In this document: positions 9,268 to 18,665 of the stretch, one piece after another
How positions within the stretch are numbered: the first letter of the stretch is position 1
How the letters are laid out: every line of letters starts with the position of its first letter
Virus record (IMG/VR): IMGVR_UViG_3300045988_172839
Coordinates: 160,001 to 224,000 of that record
DNA length: 64,000 bases
From: a virus
Strand: one strand, 5' to 3'
Notes under the pieces: generated by a model
What the model was told of the DNA's origin: nothing
The model's input: the letters and a program-made list of their open reading frames with translations, nothing else
Database searches by the model: none
Position numbers and translations under genes: made by a program

Positions 9268-9507
9268 CTAGGAAACAATACCCTCAAGAGTAGCTAAACA
9301 CTCCATAAAACTCAATAAACCTAGTTTATACTGACTCTTAGAAAATAATTTAGAAGAGACTACACCAACAATGTTAAACGGAGAATAATAACAAAATTGA
9401 ACATTATCACCTTCAATTTTAACCTCAAAATCACCTTCTAACTCAATATGATGAGTCCGTTGAAGATTATCTACCACTGTATCTATCGTATTTAGGAACT
9501 CTACCAT
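9268..9507 (-). CDS. Hypothetical protein
   Basis: 79 aa; preceded by AGGAG and a consensus extended -10 promoter. Confidence 0.65.
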   Translation of the reverse strand: MVEFLNTIDTVVDNLQRTHHIELEGDFEVKIEGDNVQFCYYSPFNIVGVVSSKLFSKSQYKLGLLSFMECLATLEGIVS

Positions 9508-9538
9508 TTTTAACTCCTTAAATCTTTATATTTAATTT

Positions 9539-9567
9539 ATTATACCATAAATAATACAATTAGTCAA
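9539..9567 (-). promoter_or_regulatory. Consensus extended -10 promoter
   Basis: Minus strand TTGACT-17 nt-(TGG)TATAAT upstream of 9268-9507. Confidence 0.65.
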
Positions 9568-9612
9568 ATAAAAATAGGTGCAAACTCTTGTTCTACACCT
9601 ACTTCTTCTATT

Positions 9613-9816
9613 CTAAACCACAAATATCGCTCCGACAAATAGCAAGGCAAGTCCAATCGCCCCTAAACCTGCTAGATATAAATGCTCCCTTCTCATGTTT
9701 TCTTTATTCTTCACTTCTTCGAAAAGTTGGAGTTCTTTCAAAACAAAGGATACCGCAATTCCAAAGAGAAATACAGAGTTGAAAACGAAAAGAACCCATA
9801 GATAAAAGCCGTCCAT
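9613..9816 (-). CDS. Small membrane protein
   Basis: 67 aa with two hydrophobic helices; fills the gap between neighbours. Confidence 0.5.
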   Translation of the reverse strand: MDGFYLWVLFVFNSVFLFGIAVSFVLKELQLFEEVKNKENMRREHLYLAGLGAIGLALLFVGAIFVV

Positions 9817-9822
9817 AGAGAT

Positions 9823-10770
9823 TTACCAAAAAGCGCCTTTGGGTTTGTAAGACTTAATCTTACTTGAAAGCTCTCCACGTTTGTTCTCATCAGCCTTCTT
9901 GAAGAGTTCTGTACGAGCTAGAGCCATCTCTGAGTCATTCAAAGAAGGGTCTGCGTACAAACGATAGTCCAAATTAAAGCGCGCACCTTCTACCAACTGA
10001 TACATTTGGTACTCATTGTAAATTGGAAAACCGTCTTTATCGGTACTACAAACTAAACTCAAACAACCAAAGTCAGAAGCTCTCCAACATTGTTCAATCT
10101 GGCCTGCGGTGAAGTTCTCATTGATATAATGCTGAATGAAATCCACTACAGACATCTTCAAACGACCTCTTAAAATCGCCAAAATCTGACTCTCAGACCA
10201 TGAACCCTCTAGGAAAGGGGAAATATCAACCCCTGCCATACGAAGGGAAATCAGAAAATCGAGGTAGTCCTTGTCGGATACCGCTCGACTGTTTTGCAAG
10301 TCCGTAATTTCAACCCCTTGAACCAAAGCAGAAGCAAAAACCTCTATTGTAGACAAAGGAATTAAGGTAAAGTCCACCTTAGAAAAGTCTACATTTTCAA
10401 GCGCCAAGTCTACGAGGATACCGAAAGTCTTTGGTTCAACCATTAACTCATAATTGGTTGAGTTGAAATAGTTAGACAAGCCACTAGAGTCCAAAGTTCT
10501 ATGAGCGCTATACAACTTGTACAAAGGAGTCAGAATATCCTTATCCAAATTAGCGTTTACCAAATAAAGAGGTACATCATGTTCCAAACATAAGCGAACT
10601 GCTCTTAGCAGCTCAAAGTCTACCTTATCACTTGTTATAAAAGGTGTTAAATCCAAACCGTGAAGGAGACCGAGAGTCAACTCGTCCTTCACGTTTCGGT
10701 TCACATCTAATGCTTGTATGTCAAAAAAGGAAAGACCTAAATTCGCATTCTTGTTCAAATTCTTTACCAC
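9823..10770 (-). CDS. Hypothetical protein
   Basis: 315-aa tiling ORF. Confidence 0.65.
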   Translation of the reverse strand: MVKNLNKNANLGLSFFDIQALDVNRNVKDELTLGLLHGLDLTPFITSDKVDFELLRAVRLCLEHDVPLYLVNANLDKDILTPLYKLYSAHRTLDSSGLSNYFNSTNYELMVEPKTFGILVDLALENVDFSKVDFTLIPLSTIEVFASALVQGVEITDLQNSRAVSDKDYLDFLISLRMAGVDISPFLEGSWSESQILAILRGRLKMSVVDFIQHYINENFTAGQIEQCWRASDFGCLSLVCSTDKDGFPIYNEYQMYQLVEGARFNLDYRLYADPSLNDSEMALARTELFKKADENKRGELSSKIKSYKPKGAFW

Positions 10771-10783
10771 ACAATCTTTAAAA

Positions 10784-12991
10784 TCAAAGTTTCAAATCGA
10801 AGTCTGTGAACGCTCCAAGTTGTTCTTCGACCTTGGCTTTTTGCATGCGTTCTTTTAAACTCAATTCCTGCTTCAATTTTACACCATTTAGTACCACTCC
10901 GTCAAGTGGAGTCCACGATTTTAACGGGATACCCATTTCTTTCAAGAATGGTGAAGCTTTTCCTCTACGAGTGAGGTAAATCGTAACTTCATCACCACGT
11001 GTTCCTGCTACGAAGTGAACCCTACGTTCTTCTTCATAACTTAGCTCTCCACTCAAGGTATAAGGAAAGACACCATCAGAATCATCAAAAATAATGTTGA
11101 CATTGGCTTCACGACCTTTAAAGCTGAACGGTGTAGCAAAGGTCAAGAGCGAAGTTCCACCTCTTTTTGCTTCACGGATTTTATTGTTGATAAAGTCCAT
11201 GTTGCTAAAGAAGTCTGTAACTGTGTCGCTTTCTTCCGCCAAGGTTGAAATCGTGCCTACTACTTCCGCATTAGAAGGTTCACCCCAATAAAGAACATGA
11301 GCCAAAAGCTCTTTGAAGAGAACCATTTCTCCGGGAAACTCTTCTCCATAGGTCTTTCTCAACTTGTCTACCAAAGTAGCCATAGACTTGAGACCATATT
11401 CTTGCGCAATGAAATCCAAGTAAGCGTAGTTATCGGAGAACAAGATATTTTTGTTCTCTGGAATAGCGTTCATTAGGCGCTCTGCGAGAGTCTTGGCATC
11501 CCAAAGTTTCAGCTCTGGTGCTAAGACTTTCAAGTTGTTCTTAATATCAACTAAACCACGACCACGCACCATTTCAATGAGGTTCCAAACCTTTTGATAC
11601 CGCGCGGTTCTGAAATCCCTTACGTCTCCTAGTAAGTTGAAGTCTCCTTGGCGCTTAACTGCGTAAAGAATAGAAGACGGAGAGTAAGTGAAGTTCACTC
11701 GTGACTGAACTGCAATAGTCTTTCCTTCAGCTAAATACTTATCAATCAACTGCAAAGAAGCGTCAGCCATATCTTTTACAGAGTCAAATTGGTAAGCTTC
11801 AAGGACTCCAACCTCTTTAAAGGAGCGAAGAGAGTGTTCGTAGCGATTTGAGTTCTTCTCAATCGACTTGGTAATGGGTTTCAAAATGTTTGAAGGGCAA
11901 CGGTAAGATACCGAGAGTGGGTACTTAGTTGGTTGGTACTCCTTGTCGAACCACTCCATGACCTCTGGGTTTGACCCACGGAAACCATAAATCGACTGGT
12001 CTGGGTCTCCTACAATAACCACACGTGGACAATTCTCGAAAATAGGTTTCAAGACTTGGTACTGCAACTCAGACATATCTTGCGCTTCGTCCAACATGAA
12101 GTATTCGTAGCGGTATTTATAGAAGTTGACCCAAGCCATTTGAACTGGATCATCTTTCTTCTCTACGACCATGTACTCGTAAACAAGAGACATCAAATCA
12201 TCAAAATCAATGACGTTCATAGAAGTCTTCAAGGCTTGGTAATCTTCAACTACCATAGGAAGTAAATTTCTTGGGAGGTTCAAGCGTTTTGCCGTTTCGG
12301 CTGCTTCACCAAATTGGTACTCCGTAATCGAGCAGTTACGGTAGTTTGAAATAATTGCAGCCAAGTCTCTTTTATCTTGAAGAGAAATGTAGTTACTTCC
12401 TTCTTCTCCCAAATCATGTTTACGGAAGAGACGACCCATAATTGCATTGAAAATACGAGAACCCTCAGAGTCTCCGCCACCAGTGTCCAACATTTGAACA
12501 TAGTCTGATTTTGACTTATCTGTGAGGTTAAACCCACGAAGTCTCAAAAGTTCAAAGAACTCTGACTGTAGTGTACTGAATGTGAGGTCATTTGTGGATA
12601 CCCCTGAGAGACCTAACTTAGCGAAAGTGCGCTCTACATTCTGTTTAATCTCTTCTGCTCCTTTGCTGAGGAAAGTTGTGACCCAAGCGACTTTCTTTCC
12701 TCTCTGAGCTGGAGACAAGCGACCAATCGTTTTATCCTTTGCTAAAATCAATGAAATCGAAGTGGACTTACCTGAACCCGCAGTCGCAAACAACTCTGTG
12801 CGACCTTCTGAGCGAATAATTGGCTCTAGTTCTTCCAAGTTATAACCTTTAGAAGCGACTAGCTCCAAATACTTCTTCATATTTTCTTCGTAAATTTGTT
12901 CCTCAGTAATTTGTTGCTCAGAATTTGCACTAGGTTTTACACTAGCAAAACCTTTGTCGTTACTGAGGTTGTCGAGTGCTGATTTATACAT
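10784..12991 (-). CDS. UvrD/PcrA/Rep-like SF1 DNA helicase
   Basis: Walker A ATAGSGKST, motif II FMLDEAQD, motif III VGDPDQSIYGFRGS, motif IV SYRCP, motif VI VAGTRG. Confidence 0.85.
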   Translation of the reverse strand: MYKSALDNLSNDKGFASVKPSANSEQQITEEQIYEENMKKYLELVASKGYNLEELEPIIRSEGRTELFATAGSGKSTSISLILAKDKTIGRLSPAQRGKKVAWVTTFLSKGAEEIKQNVERTFAKLGLSGVSTNDLTFSTLQSEFFELLRLRGFNLTDKSKSDYVQMLDTGGGDSEGSRIFNAIMGRLFRKHDLGEEGSNYISLQDKRDLAAIISNYRNCSITEYQFGEAAETAKRLNLPRNLLPMVVEDYQALKTSMNVIDFDDLMSLVYEYMVVEKKDDPVQMAWVNFYKYRYEYFMLDEAQDMSELQYQVLKPIFENCPRVVIVGDPDQSIYGFRGSNPEVMEWFDKEYQPTKYPLSVSYRCPSNILKPITKSIEKNSNRYEHSLRSFKEVGVLEAYQFDSVKDMADASLQLIDKYLAEGKTIAVQSRVNFTYSPSSILYAVKRQGDFNLLGDVRDFRTARYQKVWNLIEMVRGRGLVDIKNNLKVLAPELKLWDAKTLAERLMNAIPENKNILFSDNYAYLDFIAQEYGLKSMATLVDKLRKTYGEEFPGEMVLFKELLAHVLYWGEPSNAEVVGTISTLAEESDTVTDFFSNMDFINNKIREAKRGGTSLLTFATPFSFKGREANVNIIFDDSDGVFPYTLSGELSYEEERRVHFVAGTRGDEVTIYLTRRGKASPFLKEMGIPLKSWTPLDGVVLNGVKLKQELSLKERMQKAKVEEQLGAFTDFDLKL

Positions 12992-13099
12992 TTTTCTCTT
13001 CTTTCTTCTATTATATAGTGAGACTGAAATCAGTCTAAAATCTTTTCTGAATAATTAAAATCTAATTTGTTATGTTTATACTAAATTGAGAATAAGGTG

Positions 13100-13979
13100 A
13101 AAAACTGTGAAAAATCCAAAATCCGAGTATTAGTAAGTTACTACCAAGTTAGTGCTCGGAAAAAGGTAAAATTTCATAACATTGAGGAGATACCTACCAA
13201 GATGTAATTAAATCAAGGGTTTTGCTTGATTTTCTATAAGAAAATAATGAAAATACTTGTCAGATAAGGGATTTACTTGTTTTCTGAGGAAAAATACCTA
13301 CTCATTTTAGAAAATCCAGTTAAAAGTGGCAAGTGAAAACCAAAATTGAGGTCTTCTTTTAGATACCTTCTAAGTGGGGTTGAGAAAAGAGGTTTAATCT
13401 CTTGTGTGCCAAGGACTTTCAAAGTTGTTGCTAGTGAAATTTGAGTTTTAAGTGGTAAGCTCTGAAAAAACTTTGGAGGTATGTTTAGATACCCTCTTCT
13501 CTAGGTTAGGAAAACTAGGTTTAACCCAAGCGTCCCAAAGAGTTTGGAAAGTTTAAGCACGTGTTTTCGATTTTTAACTTCCTCAACCTTAACTAGAGAA
13601 ATTGAAAAATCGAAAAGTGTGACTCGATACCCTCTTGTAACTTTGACATAAAAGGTTCAAAACCTAGTAGTACCAAGTAATAGAAAGCCTACCATCTACT
13701 AAAACTTATTTGAACAAAAGAAAATACTAATTCGACCGAGAGAAAATTTCAAGCTAGGATGAGATACCCTCAAAACCCTGTTAAATCAAGGAAATTAACT
13801 TTTAAGTTAGTTAAACAGTTGCTATCACTAGGTTTCTGAGAACTTGACCTAGTTTGCAATCAAAACCTCATAGTTATTTTATCAATTTGGAGAAAATTGC
13901 GAGGTGTGATGAGATACCCACTTACTAACTTGACAAACCTTATTAAATCAAGGTTCAACACACTTTCACCTAAGAGAAC
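13100..13979. repeat. ORF-free region with degenerate 125-175 bp units anchored on GATACC
   Basis: GATACC at 13189, 13362, 13488, 13626, 13763, 13913; recurring GAGG-N5-10-GATACCC and TTAAATCAAGG / AGGTTTAA strings. Confidence 0.5.
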
Positions 13980-14594
13980 CTAATTCGAAAAGGCGACATA
14001 ACCAATAAGAGCTAGAAGCGGAACCAAGATAGCAGCTAAAACCCACAAAATAGCAGTGTTTAACTTAGGTTTATCCTCTTGTTTCTCATCGTCTGTTTGA
14101 ACCGGTAAAATATGTGCTGAATGTGGATGATAACCATAAAGAGGTCGGTACAGAAGCGCATTTATAGGAGTATCTGCTGAATAAAACGTTTTTACAGTTT
14201 GCTCAGACGAACCCACAGACGAGGAAGAAGCACCAAAGCTAGGTTTACTATGTGTATCTACTTGCGAACCTAACGAGCGCCAATATGAAACTGGCGTACC
14301 AACGGCACTCGACCTATAAGACCTACCATGACTTGAGTTATGTGAACCAAAATGAGACCCACTTTTTGAACCTTTTGATCCACCGTTATGACTGGTTGAA
14401 CCTTTGGAACTACCATGAGAGCCGCTTTTCGAACTACCACGTGAACTACCGTGTGAACCTCCACGAGCACCACCATGACCTCCACCATGACCACCGTAAC
14501 CTCCGTGACCACCTTTAGCAAGTGCCAAGGTTGGAGCGGATACCGAGAATGCTAGTAAACCAACCACAGCTATTTTTGTAAATTTTCGTAACAC
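13980..14594 (-). CDS. Secreted, C-terminally membrane-anchored Gly/Ser/His-rich protein
   Basis: Signal peptide ending LALA-KGG; GGHGGYGGHGGGHGG... and SHGSS low-complexity region; C-terminal TM helix; GTG start with AAGGAG 9 nt upstream. Confidence 0.65.
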   Translation of the reverse strand: MLRKFTKIAVVGLLAFSVSAPTLALAKGGHGGYGGHGGGHGGARGGSHGSSRGSSKSGSHGSSKGSTSHNGGSKGSKSGSHFGSHNSSHGRSYRSSAVGTPVSYWRSLGSQVDTHSKPSFGASSSSVGSSEQTVKTFYSADTPINALLYRPLYGYHPHSAHILPVQTDDEKQEDKPKLNTAILWVLAAILVPLLALIGYVAFSN

Positions 14595-15010
14595 TGTTCA
14601 AATCTCCTTATGTAATTGTCCTCAAGCTCTGAGTAATTCGAAACCAAAAGCATGTACTTATCAGAGGTAACTTTCTTATTGTAGAGGTAAAGCTCTGGTA
14701 CTGCTATCTTAAATGCTTGGTGCAACAACTCTAAAGGAAAAGTCTCACGAAGTGATGAGATACCTTGCCTAGACAGTTCCGTAAGCTCAAATAAATCTTT
14801 ATGTACCAAGCGATTAGAGTAGTTCGTTAAGTTATTTTTTTTGTAATCAAAAGGGTAATCAAGAATTTCAAATAAACAAGTGTAACTCCCCTTTTTATTT
14901 GTTTGAACCACCCCTCTATAAAGCTTATGTTTAAAAAGATTTACACACGAAACAGTGCGCTCAACCCCATCATCTTCAATTTCAACCTTGTACTTATATT
15001 TATCTTTCAT
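14570..15010 (-). CDS. Hypothetical protein
   Basis: 146-aa tiling ORF. Confidence 0.6.
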   Translation of the reverse strand: MKDKYKYKVEIEDDGVERTVSCVNLFKHKLYRGVVQTNKKGSYTCLFEILDYPFDYKKNNLTNYSNRLVHKDLFELTELSRQGISSLRETFPLELLHQAFKIAVPELYLYNKKVTSDKYMLLVSNYSELEDNYIRRFEQCYENLQK

Positions 15011-15036
15011 CTAAGTACCTTCTTTTTCTAGTAAAG

Positions 15037-16269
15037 CTATTTAACTTTACAAAAGTCTTGAATTTCATAACCTAACTTTTCTTCCAGTTGCGAGGTGTAA
15101 AAGGATACCCTCTCACGGATTTGCGAAACCTCTACGGAATACTGCTTTTGGTAAAGTTCTTCATCAAATAAAACTCCATAAGACAGTAACAAGAATAGAG
15201 TTGCAACTTCAATCGGAAGAACGGTCGTTTCAAAGTGTAAGTTCTCATTTAAAACTGTAATCGGTACAGAATAAACAGACTCTACTTTAGTAATAAAATA
15301 ATGCTCTGCGTAGACTGAGTTATTGGTTTGAGCGTAGTTGACCCCCAAAGTGTCCCAACCTACCTCAACTCTGCTGACTGTTAGTGAAGGTTCCAAAAAC
15401 TCAATGTAGCTACCATATAATTCTTGAATAGACTCTGGGAGACCTTCAAAATCTTCTAATAAACCCTCTCTGGTCTTATAGACGTTGTAAGTATGGAACT
15501 GAACCTCTGTATCTGTGACCTTTGTAATCTTAGCCAAATGAACCTTGTTAATGAATTTGTTTGTACCTTTGCTACTGCGAACCTCTTCGTTTGCTACATA
15601 GCCTTTTTCATAGAGGAAAACGAGCGAACCAACCTGATACCCTTGCTCTTTAAAGAGCTTTTGTTTCTCAGAAATTGGTAACACCTCTTTGTTCATGTAC
15701 CCATGAAAGCGAGCCATCTCAACATAAAGTTGACTGTTAATCGTGTCTATATCTTTCGCACTCAAATCATAGTCAATCGGTAAATACTCAAAGAGTTTGA
15801 AATAGTAAAGAATACTGGACTCAGCTAACTCTGAGGAAAGACCTTTCACACTTAAATGAAAATCTCCTACAATCACATCAAGATAAATCGCAAACCACAA
15901 GACCACCAAACTATACGAGAGTTGGTAAGGGTAGTTACTAGGTTTCAAATAAGTATAGTTCTCTTCAGTTACCACAAAGGAAGTGCTTGAAACTCTGAAA
16001 TTCTCTACGATTGTTTCAAAGTGAGCCAACAACCTCCGATAATCATAGCTAGGAGGAACTGCTGCTATAGTTTCTTTTAAAGTTAAAAGCTTACGAGCGG
16101 AAGCCATGCTGACATAGGGATACCCATCTAGTTTACTGAGAGCGCTCGGTTCAAATGGAACTGTTGGAATGAACTCTGGAGTAGTTTTGTAAATCTCACT
16201 ATAAGCAATATTATAGAAAGACCAATAAAGAGCCTTATAGGGAGAGTCTATCGTGTATTTATCAACCAT
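15037..16269 (-). CDS. Hypothetical protein
   Basis: 410-aa tiling ORF. Confidence 0.65.
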   Translation of the reverse strand: MVDKYTIDSPYKALYWSFYNIAYSEIYKTTPEFIPTVPFEPSALSKLDGYPYVSMASARKLLTLKETIAAVPPSYDYRRLLAHFETIVENFRVSSTSFVVTEENYTYLKPSNYPYQLSYSLVVLWFAIYLDVIVGDFHLSVKGLSSELAESSILYYFKLFEYLPIDYDLSAKDIDTINSQLYVEMARFHGYMNKEVLPISEKQKLFKEQGYQVGSLVFLYEKGYVANEEVRSSKGTNKFINKVHLAKITKVTDTEVQFHTYNVYKTREGLLEDFEGLPESIQELYGSYIEFLEPSLTVSRVEVGWDTLGVNYAQTNNSVYAEHYFITKVESVYSVPITVLNENLHFETTVLPIEVATLFLLLSYGVLFDEELYQKQYSVEVSQIRERVSFYTSQLEEKLGYEIQDFCKVK

Positions 16270-16271
16270 CG

Positions 16272-17033
16272 TTAAACACCCTCAACCCTTTCAAACTCAA
16301 CTTTGTTGTGGTTTGGGAAATTCTTCTTTTGAAGTTCTAAAACCAAATCTGCAGGGAGAGTTTTGTTCAAGGTCAGATACCGGGAGAGTGAACCCCAAGT
16401 CTTAATATCTTCAAGGCTTTCTGAGAGAACCTGCTTTAGCGTTTTCTCTACTTCTAAGACTCTTGTAAGAGCTTCTACAATCTCTTCTTTGGACTTCTCT
16501 TTAATCAAATCTATCTGGTAAAGCTCACTTGTACGCTGATTTAAAAGGTTTGGAGCGACTTGTACTAAAGGGAAATCTGAAATTTCTTCTATAATAGTAG
16601 AAAGTCCATCAGAATTGACTTGTAAATACTCCTCAATCACTTGAAACTGACGGTTTTTCCAAAGACTTAATAAACCTGTCGGAAATCTTGACTCAAGACT
16701 TTCTTCAACTTTTAGACTTGCGTAGTAAACTTGACGAGAAGTCAATCCTGAAAGGTCTACGAGTTGCTTGCAGTTGAGTCCTGATCGATACAATTTCAAA
16801 AGACTAAGTGTGCTTTCTTCATTTGACTTACTCAGATTTAAGTAAGACCCGCTCTTCAAAAAATCAACAAGCGTTTTTGCAAACTGCAAGTCCTCTACTG
16901 TTTGTAAGACCGAACTAGAAGGAATGTGCTTGTTATTCTCTAATCTAGTTTGGAATAAAGTAATATCAGAATAAATCTGATTTAAAGTATTAAATATCGG
17001 TTTCTTTTTACTCATAAAAGTTAAAAACCACAC
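16272..17033 (-). CDS. Hypothetical protein (possible HTH)
   Basis: 253 aa; LNCKQLVDLSGLTSRQVYYASLKVEE resembles a helix-turn-helix; start codon uncertain. Confidence 0.55.
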   Translation of the reverse strand: MWFLTFMSKKKPIFNTLNQIYSDITLFQTRLENNKHIPSSSVLQTVEDLQFAKTLVDFLKSGSYLNLSKSNEESTLSLLKLYRSGLNCKQLVDLSGLTSRQVYYASLKVEESLESRFPTGLLSLWKNRQFQVIEEYLQVNSDGLSTIIEEISDFPLVQVAPNLLNQRTSELYQIDLIKEKSKEEIVEALTRVLEVEKTLKQVLSESLEDIKTWGSLSRYLTLNKTLPADLVLELQKKNFPNHNKVEFERVEGV

Positions 17034-17174
17034 AAAAAACTACTATTTTATGATTTACTTTTAAAGCACAAAATAAATCATTCTACTTTTCTGTACTTTA
17101 TCCTCTCTGTAAAATTTTCAGTCTGAAATCTAGCTATATGACTAGAAATTTTCTTTGCTGAATTTCTTAAGGTC

Positions 17175-17203
17175 TATTATACATTATTTTAAAATAAAAA
17201 TCA
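17175..17203 (-). promoter_or_regulatory. Sigma-A type promoter
   Basis: Minus strand TTGATT-17 nt-TATAAT, about 140 nt upstream of 16272-17033. Confidence 0.5.
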
Positions 17204-17385
17204 AGTAACAAGATGTACAAAATCTAAATCAAAATGAGATAAGTTTGGTATTTTTTGGACTAAAGTAAATAATTTGGATTGAAATAGAGTTTACTATAAA
17301 GAAAAACAAGTTTGAGGATACCGAATAGAGGATTTGGGGAGTTCTTTCAATAGTAAAAAAAAACTGAAATTTAAAATTGACAGTT

Positions 17386-17420
17386 TGTTCTCTGTTCTCT
17401 GTTCTCTGTTCTCTGTTCTC
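17386..17420. repeat. Perfect heptanucleotide tandem repeat (GTTCTCT)x5
   Basis: Direct reading of gttctct x5. Confidence 0.95.
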
Positions 17421-17862
17421 TGTTCTCTACTTTCCAAATTCGACCCAACTCAAAAATCTCAGAACTGAAAACTGAATTAGAAATGCACGTGGACTGAGGA
17501 TACCGCAAGGGTGACTAGAGTTTGCTCTGATTTTCTTGGAATTAGAATGCTCCATGAACCTCTACTAATCTTACTGAAGTTTAAGTTACTTACTTAAATT
17601 AAGGCTTACAAAGAAGGAAGACCGCAAAACAAATCTGAAGCCCAACGGAGGTTGAGCGTTCCTATTAACAAAGTTAAAGCCAAAAGTAAAGACCAAAACT
17701 CAAAGCGAGGATACCACTGAGAGGTAGGTTGAGGAGTTGAAGTTTTAAGTTCAGACCTCAGACATTAAACCTGCACAACCAAGCAAAAAGCCACCAAATC
17801 CTTACGGAATTGGGGCGTTCCCTAACCTTAAAACGAAAAATCAGCCTTAAACTTGAAAAACC

Positions 17863-18239
17863 TATGACACAATTTAAGGAAACCTAAGACAATATATTCT
17901 CAATCTAGGACAGAAATTGAGAGAATTAGGACAAATAAATCTCATTTTATGACAAACTTTAACCGTTTTAGGACAAACAAACCTTAATTTAGGACAAAAA
18001 GGCAAAGATTTATGACAAATTTAAACAAAGTTATGACAAATAAACCTATTTCTACGACAAATAAAACCGTTTTTATGACAAAAAGACAAAGACTTAGGAC
18101 AATTTTAAGTAAAGTTAAGACAAAAATAACTAATCTTAAGACAGATTTTAGTACAATTAGGACAAGTGTATGACAGAATTACCTAATCTTAGGACAAAAA
18201 GTCTAAAATCTATGACAAAAATAAAAAGAGTTACGACAA
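17863..18239. repeat. Array of 19 nine-bp boxes (YTANGACAA) phased at 21 bp
   Basis: GAC cores at 17866, 17888, then every 21 bp to 18161, then 18172, 18193, 18214, 18235; spacers not conserved. Confidence 0.9.
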
Positions 18240-18449
18240 GTCACAACTACTGCTTTTCAGAAGCCTAAATACAAGAAATAAGGGAGAAAAAGACACAAAC
18301 TTCGCAAAAGTCTTGAAAATCTAGATACCGCTGAGAGGGTTTAAGAACTAAATTTAGTTCTCAAAATCAAACCGCAGACATTTTTCCCTAAAATCAAGTT
18401 TAAAGGCTCTCATTTGCCCCGTGTCGCATTTTAAATTGAAGTTGGACAT

Positions 18450-18478
18450 ATTATACCATAAGAGGTTAAAATCAAATC
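18450..18478 (-). promoter_or_regulatory. Extended -10 promoter reading into the 21-bp iteron array
   Basis: Minus strand TGGTATAAT just downstream of terminator 18508-18535; -35 poor (TTGATT at 14-nt spacing). Confidence 0.45.
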
Positions 18479-18507
18479 TGGTGCAATCTGGGGCTTTTTA
18501 GAGAAAT

Positions 18508-18535
18508 AGAAAAAGTGAAGACTAAAATCTTCACT
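18508..18535 (-). terminator. Intrinsic terminator
   Basis: 8-bp stem AGTGAAGA/TCTTCACT, 6-nt loop, T-run on the minus strand. Confidence 0.7.
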
Positions 18536-18665
18536 TATCTTCTACGTTTATTAAGGTTATGTTTAGGTTCATCTTCAAAACAGTCTGTGAAATCAACCTC
18601 TTTCGAACGATATAGGAAACCCAAACTAACCAACATAAGGACTGCAAGTAATAACCACAAAGTCT

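Noticed and set aside
17863-18239. The regular repeat-spacer pattern could be mistaken for a CRISPR array
   Set aside because: The repeats are only 9 bp and the spacers 12 bp, far below CRISPR dimensions. The repeats are degenerate and no cas genes are present.
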